Shown here piece after piece: positions 46,603 to 59,044 of a DNA stretch of 64,000 bases. This DNA comes from a virus. Its lineage: Duplodnaviria; Caudoviricetes. The notes beneath the pieces are model-generated. The model was not told where the DNA came from and did not search any database. It saw nothing but the letters and a program-made list of their open reading frames with translations. Where the stretch lies: positions 947 to 64,946 of IMG/VR virus record IMGVR_UViG_3300043409_003117; one strand, given 5' to 3'. Each line of letters opens with the position of its first letter. The stretch's first letter is position 1. A program made the position numbers and the translations under genes.

Positions 46603-48455
46603 TGTATTTCACAAGCTCCTCCAGCACAGGCTAATTCACCAGATAGGTCAGTATTATCAACCATTTCAATAACTTTAGATAAGTCAATTCCGGTTAAGGA
46701 TTTTAACATTTCTTCGTATTTTTCTTCTGAACAGTCCTCAAACGGAGCTTGAATATAGGTTCCGCCATTATATGGTAAAACCGATAAGCCATTATAGAAT
46801 GATTTATTATCCCACATCCATTCACCAACAGTTTCCCATTCGTCTGGTTTAATTGAAACTGTTGCAGAAATATTATGAGTATTTTGACCAGTACGATGAC
46901 CAGTTTTAACCCAATTTGAATAAAAAGATTTTACTCTTTCTAATAATTCAATTGCAGATTCATTTCTAAATATTGAACCGGCTGGTGCTTTTTGCGGAAC
47001 TGAAATTACAGCAGTATCATGTGGACGAAAGTACTCATCTTCAAGTAGTTCAGGATGATAAATTGCAAGATAAGAATAAATTGCCTCATTTTTTCCAACT
47101 CTAATTCTACGAATATAGTGGTCATTATGCCATGCATGAATTCCAGAAGAAGTTCCCAATACCAATGATGAAGTTCCTGATGGTTTAATTGTAGTACATC
47201 GGGCTGATGCATTTATCTTAATTTGTTTTGCAACTATTACATTGGTTTCTTTTACTAGGTCAGCAGCCTGCTTAAGATCAAATTTTTGGGCTGATCCTGA
47301 TCCTATACCAGTCATACCAACACCAATTAAAGCATCCTTTTCAGTAGTACGTTGCCAGATTGGACGTAAATAATGAAAATTAGTATAGCCAGCTTGCAGA
47401 GTTCCAATAAATGAAGCAGCTTTAACTCTTTCATTTAAGTCTTCTTGTGTAGTAATATCAGAGACATTAACTTCACATAAGTTACAAAACTGAAATGGTC
47501 TAAGTGCAATTTCACAACATGGATTAGTACCCCAATCTTTATCATTTGACAAATAAATTCCAGGTTCGCCAGTTCCACTTGCTTCAATTTTTTTCCATAA
47601 GTCCATAAAGAAGCTCTTAGTTATCTTATTTCTTAATAGGACAGCTGAGTTATTTGCTCGGCCCCTTTGTGGATTAAGTTCCCACCATGATCCACTCTTT
47701 GAAGAAATCATGTTTTCATCATCTGCACTAAATAAAGAAATTAATGCCGCTCGACGAATACCTCCGGCCAATACAGCATCTGCAATATGACAAACAATAT
47801 CGTGTACTTCAATACAAGATAATTTATCATTGTCAACTTTAGAGTCAAGAATTCCCTGTATTTTAATTAAACACTCTTTTAGAGGTTGAGGTCCTGGTGC
47901 TTTACCACCTGATGTAACTAATAGTGCACCTTTTTGGCGAATATCAGAAAAGTCAAAATTAATAGTAGAACCGCCTTCAAAATAAGACTTCATTAATAAT
48001 TTAACTGCATCTGCCCAGCCTTCAATTGAGTCTCCAATTAAATATCTACGAGATTTAGTGGTATTAGGTTTTCTAATTTCTGGAAGTTCGTCAACATGGT
48101 GTTTCTGTACTGAATAGCCTACACCAGTTCCGCCTAATAATAAAAACATAATTTCGCCAAATGCACGCCAATCATCGATTGGTAAATATGCACAATTGTA
48201 GATACGATTTGGAGAAATTTCAATTGGTTTACCGCCAAACTGTAAACTACGCATTGACGGTAGAATTTTTTTATCATACACAAATTTATAAGTCTCATTA
48301 ATCTCAGCAGTTAACTGTGGATATTTCTTTATGTGCATTTCTTTATTTCGAGTTACAAGTTCTTCCCATGTTTCTCTTCTCTGTACATCATTACGAAACC
48401 TGGCGTATTTCATATAAACCGTTACGTCTGATAAAATTTCACTTGCTAAATTCAT
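46599..48455 (-). CDS. nrdJ: class II (adenosylcobalamin-dependent) ribonucleotide reductase
   Basis: RRETWEE, PSMR, YNCA, GTGVG, GGIRRAA, TNPCCEI, TTIKPSGT, C-terminal CAGGAC; no beta subunit nearby. Confidence 0.9.
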   Translation of the reverse strand: MNLASEILSDVTVYMKYARFRNDVQRRETWEELVTRNKEMHIKKYPQLTAEINETYKFVYDKKILPSMRSLQFGGKPIEISPNRIYNCAYLPIDDWRAFGEIMFLLLGGTGVGYSVQKHHVDELPEIRKPNTTKSRRYLIGDSIEGWADAVKLLMKSYFEGGSTINFDFSDIRQKGALLVTSGGKAPGPQPLKECLIKIQGILDSKVDNDKLSCIEVHDIVCHIADAVLAGGIRRAALISLFSADDENMISSKSGSWWELNPQRGRANNSAVLLRNKITKSFFMDLWKKIEASGTGEPGIYLSNDKDWGTNPCCEIALRPFQFCNLCEVNVSDITTQEDLNERVKAASFIGTLQAGYTNFHYLRPIWQRTTEKDALIGVGMTGIGSGSAQKFDLKQAADLVKETNVIVAKQIKINASARCTTIKPSGTSSLVLGTSSGIHAWHNDHYIRRIRVGKNEAIYSYLAIYHPELLEDEYFRPHDTAVISVPQKAPAGSIFRNESAIELLERVKSFYSNWVKTGHRTGQNTHNISATVSIKPDEWETVGEWMWDNKSFYNGLSVLPYNGGTYIQAPFEDCSEEKYEEMLKSLTGIDLSKVIEMVDNTDLSGELACAGGACEIQ

Positions 48456-48562
48456 TTTCTTTTTTATTTTTTTAATGTTTCTAATTAAATATACTAAATT
48501 ACCTGGCCTGTAGAGATAACTTTTTAATTATGACCTACGGGTAAGTTCATTACTTAATTTAA

Positions 48563-48688
48563 TTAATGTTTTGTTAATTTACGTGATGCATTTTGAGTAC
48601 TTAGCCGAATTTTATAATTAGTTTGTTTGTTAATAATTTGACTAATTTTATAAAAATTCAACTTCTTAATTAAACTTGACTCTTGCAT
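48563..48688 (-). CDS. candidate 41-aa basic small protein (not in ORF track)
   Basis: MQESSLIKKLNFYKISQIINKQTNYKIRLSTQNASRKLTKH*; TAATAAATAACC lies immediately upstream. Confidence 0.35.
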   Translation of the reverse strand: MQESSLIKKLNFYKISQIINKQTNYKIRLSTQNASRKLTKH

Positions 48689-48722
48689 CTAGGTTATTTA
48701 TTATACCAATAACTGCTAAATA

Positions 48723-49907
48723 TTACGCGTTTATAAAATCTAATTTTAAAGTTTTACGGATAGTATCAACTTTAAGAATTTTAACTTCTCCATCATTAGG
48801 TATTCGGAATTTACCCTTAAGGTGATTTACATCATTTTTGAAAATTTCATTAGTTTCCGGAATAGTGATTTCTATGAAAAAATTATCTTTATTTAGGACA
48901 AAATTTAAGGTACGTCCTTCTATTTCTGTTTTTAGTTTTTGCCAAGTAATTTTTTCTTGATCTACTTTAGCTAAATCATTTGTTAAAATAATTCTAGGTT
49001 CACCTTTTTTAACAATAATATCCTTGATATAGAAATCTAATACATCGCCTGATTTAAAAGTACTGGTGTCTTCGATATAATTGGCAAATTCAGATTTATG
49101 AAGTAATCCAGTATAATAATTTTGAAATTCAATAAATATTCCAAATTCATATGGTTTATTTGTTAAAATTCCAGTATATTTTTTACCGAATTCTAAATCA
49201 TATACTTTTTGAGGAAGTGTATGTTTGATATATTTCTTGTATGAAATAATATATAAATCGTTAATTGAATCGTAATTTTCTATCATTACTGGAATCTCAG
49301 TATTTAAATAGTCATTAAAATCACGAATTACATTGGCTGCAGCATGAGAGCCAGGTAAGAAACATTTAACTGTTCCTTTGTATAGAGCTAAATACCCACC
49401 TTTTACCAAGCTAATAACTTTAACATAAAACCATTTATCAGTTTTTAAGAAGTCATTTAAGGTATCTCTATATGAAATTGCAGCACACTGTTTTTCAGAT
49501 GCATAAAATTCTCCACTATCAACTTTTGTAATAATGGCTTTAAATTCTCTAGGATAGTCTCCATTAACTAATAACGAAGGCTCTTCTGAAAAGTCTCTAA
49601 ATGGAATAAAGATTGAAGACTTTGAGTGTTTTTCATAAGTAACAATTAACTTATTATCAAAGTCAATACTCTTTGCAATCACTGTACATAATTGGCCTTC
49701 ACTAAAGTCTTTTATACTTATCATTGAATGAGAGCTATGACTTGAATACATTTCGTATAGGTCTTGAGCATAGTTTTCTTTACAATAAATTTTCATACCA
49801 GCTGCTGAGTCAGACTCAGTTAATTTTATTGAGGTATTAAATTTTGAATTTGTTTGACCGTATACTAGATCAAAATCTGGAGAATTTGGAATATGTGTAG
49901 TTTGCAT
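48723..49907 (-). CDS. S1 RNA-binding domain protein (ribosomal protein bS1-like)
   Basis: VKVISLVKGGY...KCFLPGS...IISYKKY; GIFIEFQNYYTGLLHKSE...GDVLDFYIKDI: about three S1 repeats. Confidence 0.8.
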   Translation of the reverse strand: MQTTHIPNSPDFDLVYGQTNSKFNTSIKLTESDSAAGMKIYCKENYAQDLYEMYSSHSSHSMISIKDFSEGQLCTVIAKSIDFDNKLIVTYEKHSKSSIFIPFRDFSEEPSLLVNGDYPREFKAIITKVDSGEFYASEKQCAAISYRDTLNDFLKTDKWFYVKVISLVKGGYLALYKGTVKCFLPGSHAAANVIRDFNDYLNTEIPVMIENYDSINDLYIISYKKYIKHTLPQKVYDLEFGKKYTGILTNKPYEFGIFIEFQNYYTGLLHKSEFANYIEDTSTFKSGDVLDFYIKDIIVKKGEPRIILTNDLAKVDQEKITWQKLKTEIEGRTLNFVLNKDNFFIEITIPETNEIFKNDVNHLKGKFRIPNDGEVKILKVDTIRKTLKLDFINA

Positions 49908-49971
49908 AGATTATTTGTATATAAAATTATACAGCAAATTAACTATTGGTTTTAATTAAACCATATATAAA

Positions 49972-52900
49972 TTAAAGAATATGAGGATATACAGCCGGAT
50001 TAATTGGTGGAATTCCTGGAAATATACCTGGAGACTTTGAACCAAATATTAAAGATCCAGTAGCATTCATTGAAAATTTCCAAGCCAATTCATCGAGAAA
50101 AATAGTAAATAATGGATTTTTATGAGTAAGCCTTTCCCATGGAGGAAGATCATCACTATTAAGTATTGGGTGAAATAGTCTAGCTGCCGTAACTGAAGAA
50201 AATGTAATAGGTGGAGCAAACACACATAGGCTAAGTGATGCAATCCAGGCAACCGGCGATAGGAAAGGCTCTGCCTGTTCGAGTGCAAATAGAGCACCAA
50301 GTTTAATAATATTGGTTAAAAGCGGATTTGGAATCATCATTTTATATCCAGGTGGAATTTCAGAGTCAATTTTCATTATTGCAAGTTTGATCAAGTTAAT
50401 TTGAAGAATACCTGCCTCTACTATATTATACGAAAATGTTTTTAAGGCCTTTGCAATATTAGCAATTACATCAACAATTGTTGCAATTGGAATAAGAATA
50501 TCTTCAAATACCAAAGTAATAAGTTCCCTAACTACTTCAATTAGATCGGCCGCGGTTAACAAATATAAGTATTCAGAAATATCTATTGGAAATAATGGTA
50601 ATTTAGGTAAACTAAACCTCTTACCTGTTTTTGAAATTACAGTTAGAACTACCCTTTTAAGTATTGGATTTCCATTTGTATCTACCGCAATTGTAGAATT
50701 TGAACCGGCTACTCCAACTATTTCAAGAGAAACGGTTGAGTCTTTTCCGCAAGCGGTAGTAAGAATTTGAGTTATTAAGTTTTTATCTACACTAGTGGTT
50801 GCCGTAATGGTTTGGGTTGAATTTGAACCTCCACCTACCGTAAATGTATCAGAGGTTATGGTAAGCGAGCCTAATTTATTAGCCCGTAATAATAATCTTA
50901 AAATTGCTTCAATTAGAGCGGCTAAGCCTAGTCCAACTAGTGCTTTGATTAATGGGTCTAATGGAATAACAATTGGAACAAGTGGGGGATGTAATGGATT
51001 TACTGATTTTAAAACAGATAATGATGTTACCATTGGTACTACTGACTGTATAATATATTGTAAAAAACCTGCAATATTAGGTAATGGAATTGGTGGAATC
51101 ATTAATATTAATTGCTCAATTATAATTGGAATAATTGCACTGGCTAAATCATTTGGGATTTGAGAAAGTCCCAATAGGTCCATAATACTTTCAGCAGTTA
51201 ATGAATTTATTAATGCATTAAACAGTTCGTAAATAAGAGCAAGAGCAATTGCTAAGTCTGGAGAAACACCTGGAAATAATTCAGTTGGTTTAACTTCACA
51301 GCACTTTTTATTTAGGTCAAATATATTTATTGCAGGTATACTAAGTAGAGCAACGGCAGTTGCTGATAATATTTTTTTAATTGTTTCTTGCCTAGCGGCT
51401 TTAGCCCTAAGTATTTCAGCTTTTTCAGCTTCACTAACGTCCTCATCGGTGTCATGGCCAACATCTTCTCCCTTTATATAGTCTAATATGCTTTTAAAAA
51501 AATCCTTTAATAAATCTTTAAATTCTTTAATGCCTTGCGCAGTATTAAGGTTAAATGATTGGTATTTTTGTAATAGATCTTTTACTTTTTTAGTTTCTAG
51601 AATTATTGCAATTAGTGTAATAATTTGTTCCTGTAGTGTTGATATCAGCGGTATAGCTGATCCCAGTGCAATTAACTCAATAATATCTTCAATACACTTA
51701 AGTACCTCAGGCAAACCTGGATTATGTTTAGATGCATCTTTTGGAAATTGTAAAATTCCAAATTTCATTTTTTTATCGTAAAAGTTAGTAAAATCTGCAA
51801 TTGTTGCATCAATTTGTTGTGGAATAGTTAGCGGATTTGCATTACGTGCAGCCTTTCTATCCTTTCTCTTTTTTTCTAAATTAGTTTCATTAGAGGCATC
51901 GGCTTCCTGTTCTCCTCTATTTTGTCTAACTCGGTCTTTAAGTGCAGAAATTGCATTAATTGGTATATCACCAATTTTATTAAGTTGTTTATTAATATTA
52001 CTTTGAAGCTTAACAATATCTCTAGTAAATTCACCTCCGCCATCTGCAATTAGCATGGCTAACATCATTTCAGCTTCACTTAATTTATCTAAAAATGGAA
52101 TTCTACCGGCGGCTATATCCTCAGCAATTTGAGCTAGTCTAGCTGCTTTGGCTGCAGCCGCAACCAGAGCTAAAGGAGAACTTAATGCACCTTTTATTAC
52201 CTGACCTTTATATGGATTCAATATATTTATTCCTAATGGGTTTCTGGAGTCTGGACCATTATCTAATTCATATCCAAGAACAAGCGGTTTATTAGTAGCT
52301 GGGTCACTATATAACCAAGTTGGATTGGTTGATGCTGCTAAATATTTATTTCCATCTGGTCCAAAATACAAAACATATATAGAAGGTATAGGTATAGGAA
52401 ATGGAACTATTTTAATTTCATCATTGTTTATATCAATTGTTTTTAGTTGGCTTACAGCTCCGGTAATACCTGCAAGTGATATAGGTTGTATAGGTTGTAA
52501 AGGAGTTCCCAATAACAATGATTGAGCAATTGAATTAGCAGTTGATAGAGCATCAATTTCAACTTGTTTGGTTGCGGATACTACGGCAGCAATTGGCTCT
52601 ATTACTGATTTTTTGCAAGTAATTGGTAATCCTAGTATTATTACAATTGTACCTAATGGTGTAGGTATTGAAATTAATGGTTTATAGAATTGAGGTAACG
52701 GTAGTGTAAGTATACCTCCAGGAATAGGTATAAATGTATTAATTGGATAATATCTAAATCCTAAATTTGCTGGAGGAGGTCCACTTAGGTCTGGGAATGG
52801 AAGTATTGCTACTTTATTTAAACTTTTTGTAAATTCTTTCCAATAACACTGTGATGTAATATCTGGAAGGCCTGAATCATTTCCATCAAGCGTTCTAATA

Positions 52901-55128
52901 ATAAATGGGTCCTTTCCTAATTGAAGTCTAGCCGTTACTTCACAATTTTCAGCGGGTTTTTTAATAGAAGCAGCTGCCGCTTTAAAACACGGAATAGCTA
53001 AAATTTTATCAGTTAAAATGGTTGGGTCTAGTGAATTTTCTTTAATTATTACCTCTAAATTTGCTAATTCAGTTTTGCAATCGGCTAGATTATTAGTAAT
53101 TAATAAATTTGATTGTAAATAATACCCGTATACAGTAGATAGAGTAGGGGATTCATTAAACTCTTTAATTCCTTGTGAATATTGAATATTAGAGGTTTGT
53201 GAATAGGTAACTGGTCTATAAAATTTTAAATATGAACTGTTAACTTTTTGTCTAAATATTGTTGCAACTTCTTTTTTTGCAAATTCTTTAATTATATTAG
53301 TAAATTCTAAAATTACAGATGGATAGGTTTGTTCACGCTCTATTTTAATTCTAGCGGCTGACTCTGCACCAAAGTCTTCATAAAATTTAGAATACGTTTC
53401 AATATTTGAAATATATAAAGTTCGTGTATTTGATGGGCTGTCATCATCTATCTTATTATTAATTTTTTCTTTAATAGTACCAGCCTCTAGCGAATCTTTA
53501 AATGAAGCGTCAATATTGATAGGACTAAGAGAAAGCCCGCGTTCTACTAGCGTAAATAAGTTATTAATTGGATCGGCTAATCGATTATATAGACCATTAT
53601 AGTATTCACCAGCAGCGCCATTATATAGTAAACCAGGTATACTTGCATAGTCGGCTCTTGGTTTTAAAAAAGGTAAATCATCTGGATCATAATATGAACC
53701 TGAGTCTTCAGTATCAGTAATTCTATCATTGGGGTCATCAGTGTCACTAAATTTTCTAATTACATAAACATTATCAAATATATTAGTAGTTAAATACGGG
53801 CTGTTTTTAATAGGAATAATAGTGTCAGGCGTTATATCTACTACTGGCTCTATTAACTTACCGTCTGATCCTTTAGCATTTATATAGCCAATTGATCCAT
53901 CTTCTAACTCAACTGGCAGTTTAATTTTTACAAAGTTACCATCAATAATTCTAGGAACTAATTTTAAATTAAATATTTCAATATTGTTAGGGATAATTTG
54001 AGTGGTTAATCCTAATGAGATTTGACCAGATATTTTTAAAAATGCTTCGGATAGTTCTGCATAAATAGTTCGGTCGGTTATGTCAATAATATCAATTTCA
54101 CTTAATATATTAGATTGAGCAACCAGTGCCTCATTTTCAAAATTTAGTTTTTCACGATATGCATATGCTAATTTTTTAAGTAATGTGATCCATGTATTTA
54201 GCTCAGGCAACTCAGTATTAAAATATTGTATATATTTAGTAGGTTCACTAATTATATAGTATTTGAGGTCTGAGTAATCAGGGTCGTCTGCTGTTACATT
54301 AATATTTAATAGAGTAAAGTTTTTATTGGTAGCATCGGCAGTATTAAATAGATTAAGAGTTGGACTAATTATTACTTCTAAATTGTCTGAAACTAAATTA
54401 TTTGAAATTAGATTATTAATTGCCTCATCAACAATAGTGTCATTTGGGTTTTTTAAAATTTCATAAGTAGAAATAGCAGTACCAGAGTCAATGATGGTTG
54501 AAGTTGGATATAGATTAGATAAACGGGCAATTCTAAAAATAATAGTTTTAATAAGAGATTCCTGTCTGTCTTTTTGGCTGTCATTTGGGGCTTGAGAAAA
54601 TTGATTGCCAAAATTAGTAGGTTTATATTTTACAAACGCATCTCTGGTATTTGAAATTTTAGCTGCAATGCTTTTAGTAATTTGATCAATTTCAATTTCA
54701 ATAGTATCAACTTCATCTTCCCAATACCTATATTGCGAGGCAAGAGGTTCAGTTATATCAACTATTGAATTAAAAAAATCAACCCTTTCCTGATTGTATA
54801 TTTTAATAATATCAAGGTTATCAATAAGCTCTTCAACTTTGGACTTAACAATTGCAGCTTTTATACTGGTTGGAATTTTTTTAGTTTCCTCTGCAATTAT
54901 CTCTTTAACTTTTTCAGTCGCGGCTGGAATACAACCTGTTTTAGAAAGTGTATCCTTTTCAATTTGTTCAAGAATTTTAGCGGTTGGGTCAGTAATTAAA
55001 ATATCAGGCTCAGCAACAGTCTGAATACAGGTTTTTGCCCTAACTAAATCAGCCTCAGTAAACATAATACTTGAGACCGCCTCACATTTAATCTGATTAA
55101 TTATAGCCTTAAATGTTAATTCTGCCAT
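49972..55128 (-). CDS. large hypothetical protein (1718 aa) with hydrophobic Pro-rich C-terminal half
   Basis: Long uninterrupted ORF; no recognised catalytic motif. Confidence 0.7.
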   Translation of the reverse strand: MAELTFKAIINQIKCEAVSSIMFTEADLVRAKTCIQTVAEPDILITDPTAKILEQIEKDTLSKTGCIPAATEKVKEIIAEETKKIPTSIKAAIVKSKVEELIDNLDIIKIYNQERVDFFNSIVDITEPLASQYRYWEDEVDTIEIEIDQITKSIAAKISNTRDAFVKYKPTNFGNQFSQAPNDSQKDRQESLIKTIIFRIARLSNLYPTSTIIDSGTAISTYEILKNPNDTIVDEAINNLISNNLVSDNLEVIISPTLNLFNTADATNKNFTLLNINVTADDPDYSDLKYYIISEPTKYIQYFNTELPELNTWITLLKKLAYAYREKLNFENEALVAQSNILSEIDIIDITDRTIYAELSEAFLKISGQISLGLTTQIIPNNIEIFNLKLVPRIIDGNFVKIKLPVELEDGSIGYINAKGSDGKLIEPVVDITPDTIIPIKNSPYLTTNIFDNVYVIRKFSDTDDPNDRITDTEDSGSYYDPDDLPFLKPRADYASIPGLLYNGAAGEYYNGLYNRLADPINNLFTLVERGLSLSPINIDASFKDSLEAGTIKEKINNKIDDDSPSNTRTLYISNIETYSKFYEDFGAESAARIKIEREQTYPSVILEFTNIIKEFAKKEVATIFRQKVNSSYLKFYRPVTYSQTSNIQYSQGIKEFNESPTLSTVYGYYLQSNLLITNNLADCKTELANLEVIIKENSLDPTILTDKILAIPCFKAAAASIKKPAENCEVTARLQLGKDPFIIRTLDGNDSGLPDITSQCYWKEFTKSLNKVAILPFPDLSGPPPANLGFRYYPINTFIPIPGGILTLPLPQFYKPLISIPTPLGTIVIILGLPITCKKSVIEPIAAVVSATKQVEIDALSTANSIAQSLLLGTPLQPIQPISLAGITGAVSQLKTIDINNDEIKIVPFPIPIPSIYVLYFGPDGNKYLAASTNPTWLYSDPATNKPLVLGYELDNGPDSRNPLGINILNPYKGQVIKGALSSPLALVAAAAKAARLAQIAEDIAAGRIPFLDKLSEAEMMLAMLIADGGGEFTRDIVKLQSNINKQLNKIGDIPINAISALKDRVRQNRGEQEADASNETNLEKKRKDRKAARNANPLTIPQQIDATIADFTNFYDKKMKFGILQFPKDASKHNPGLPEVLKCIEDIIELIALGSAIPLISTLQEQIITLIAIILETKKVKDLLQKYQSFNLNTAQGIKEFKDLLKDFFKSILDYIKGEDVGHDTDEDVSEAEKAEILRAKAARQETIKKILSATAVALLSIPAINIFDLNKKCCEVKPTELFPGVSPDLAIALALIYELFNALINSLTAESIMDLLGLSQIPNDLASAIIPIIIEQLILMIPPIPLPNIAGFLQYIIQSVVPMVTSLSVLKSVNPLHPPLVPIVIPLDPLIKALVGLGLAALIEAILRLLLRANKLGSLTITSDTFTVGGGSNSTQTITATTSVDKNLITQILTTACGKDSTVSLEIVGVAGSNSTIAVDTNGNPILKRVVLTVISKTGKRFSLPKLPLFPIDISEYLYLLTAADLIEVVRELITLVFEDILIPIATIVDVIANIAKALKTFSYNIVEAGILQINLIKLAIMKIDSEIPPGYKMMIPNPLLTNIIKLGALFALEQAEPFLSPVAWIASLSLCVFAPPITFSSVTAARLFHPILNSDDLPPWERLTHKNPLFTIFLDELAWKFSMNATGSLIFGSKSPGIFPGIPPINPAVYPHIL

Positions 55129-55170
55129 TAACTATGAGTATTTATTTTATTTTATCTATAGTCGTTTATT

Positions 55171-55208
55171 AAAAAGTAAATGCCTGAACAGATTACTCCG
55201 GTCAGGCA
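55171..55208 (-). terminator. terminator after groEL
   Basis: - strand TGCCTGACCGGA-GTAA-TCTGTTCAGGCA followed by TTTACTTTTT. Confidence 0.75.
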
Positions 55209-55240
55209 AGACTCGTCGATGGCTATGGACTATTATATAA

Positions 55241-57575
<2,335 letters not shown>

Positions 57576-57613
57576 ATTTTTAATTTAAAATTAGATTAAT
57601 TAATAAAAATATA

Positions 57614-57714
57614 CTAAGATTTTCAGAAATAGGCCTCTAAGGTATCTAAGGTAACTAAGAAACTAATTATCTTTATAATTTAATTAAAAAGAATAAGTAG
57701 ACTAAGAATCTAAG
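57614..57714. repeat. cluster of CTAAG direct repeats in divergent intergenic region
   Basis: CTAAG at 57614, 57637, 57646, 57655, 57702, 57710 (8-9 bp spacing within each group). Confidence 0.7.
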
Positions 57715-57830
57715 TCTCTATACCCACCCAACACCCTTTTTTTACAGTAACTATTTAAATAGTTTTAATTATTTTTCTGAAAACTCTATTTTTTTTACTA
57801 GTAGAATATGTAAAATGACTCGTATGAATC

Positions 57831-58499
57831 TTGTTAGTAATAGGAATAGATTTTTCAATACAATTTCCAGCAGTTTGCATCAGTAGAGACTTCAAAAGTT
57901 TCAACTGGATTGCCTGTGTCAATACTAAAACCACTAAAGTTCATAAAAAGTTTCTAGACGATATTGAGTTAGAGTATAAATCTATTAAATTTATTCATTT
58001 GCCTAGTAGAGAAAAGAACCATGCTACATATTCTGCAATTGAAAGGTCAAAGCTATCAAATTATTCAACCCTAGTAGACAGCCTTGTGACAGAAATACTA
58101 GCCCAAGTGAAAACTGACGATAGAGTAATAGTTTCTATTGAAGGCATTGCATATGGGGCGCAAGGCAATGCCCTTATTGATATTGCCCAGTCTACTGGTA
58201 TGTTAAGAAAGTCAATTTTAGATAGATTATTAACTGGTCATGCTGAAAAACTGTTTATATTTTCACCTGGCGAACTTAAAAATGCAATTGGTGCAAAGGG
58301 TAATGCCTGTAAATTTGATATTTATGAAATTTTTAAAAATTATCCTAAATTAGCAATAGGCAGCGATCTACATAATTCAATAAATAAATATAATGACCAA
58401 ATACTTAAAGGCCAAGACGTTAAATCTCCATTTATGGATATGATTGACTCGTATTTAGCTGTACTTAAAATATACGAATCACTAAAAGAACCCAACTAA
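57831..58499 (+). CDS. RuvC-like Holliday junction resolvase
   Basis: IGIDFS, SIEGIAYG, SPGELK...GKGNA.K, DMIDSY. Confidence 0.8.
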   Translation: MLVIGIDFSIQFPAVCISRDFKSFNWIACVNTKTTKVHKKFLDDIELEYKSIKFIHLPSREKNHATYSAIERSKLSNYSTLVDSLVTEILAQVKTDDRVIVSIEGIAYGAQGNALIDIAQSTGMLRKSILDRLLTGHAEKLFIFSPGELKNAIGAKGNACKFDIYEIFKNYPKLAIGSDLHNSINKYNDQILKGQDVKSPFMDMIDSYLAVLKIYESLKEPN

Positions 58500-58500
58500 T

Positions 58501-58944
58501 ATGGCTGAAGAACCTATTAAACCCAAGAGTAAAGCAAAACAGAGTAAATACTATATTAATAATAGAGACTTTACCAATGAAATTATTAGGTGCAAACACG
58601 GCAGACTAAATGCAGAAACTGGTTATCAGCACACAGCTGGCGAACTTTCACCAATTGCAATTAACTATTTTATACTACTTGCAAACCGGGCTATTTTAAA
58701 ATTAACATTTTCAAATCCATTAGATCGCGAGGACTGTATTCAGTCGGCTCTACTTGACCTATTAAGATATTGGAGAAATTTTAATGAAGAAAAGTCAAAT
58801 AATGCATTTGCCTATTTTACACAAATTGCAAAAAATGGATATGCTAAAGAATACAAAAAGATTCATAAACATATTGGTAAAGGCGAAAAGGTTGAATTTG
58901 TATCTTTAAGTTTTAGCGGAGACTCTGAAATTTATACAATTTAA
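58501..58944 (+). CDS. gp55: late transcription sigma factor gp55-like
   Basis: YYINNRDF, REDCIQSA..DLLRYWRNFNEEKSNNAFAYFTQIA. Confidence 0.88.
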   Translation: MAEEPIKPKSKAKQSKYYINNRDFTNEIIRCKHGRLNAETGYQHTAGELSPIAINYFILLANRAILKLTFSNPLDREDCIQSALLDLLRYWRNFNEEKSNNAFAYFTQIAKNGYAKEYKKIHKHIGKGEKVEFVSLSFSGDSEIYTI

Positions 58945-59044
58945 CCATTTATTACATGCGATCAATAAAACCTATTACTGGCGCTTTTAAATCTAATCGG
59001 CATAAATGTTTTGATAAATAACCCAAAGTACTCTAATAATAAAA

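Noticed and set aside
36366-48455. Introns, inteins or homing endonucleases in PolB, helicase or nrdJ
   Set aside because: No intein termini or HNH/LAGLIDADG/GIY-YIG motifs were seen; nrdJ and the helicase are normal length.
48456-48722. Cobalamin riboswitch upstream of nrdJ
   Set aside because: The region is very AT-rich and has no recognisable B12-box or GGGAA core.
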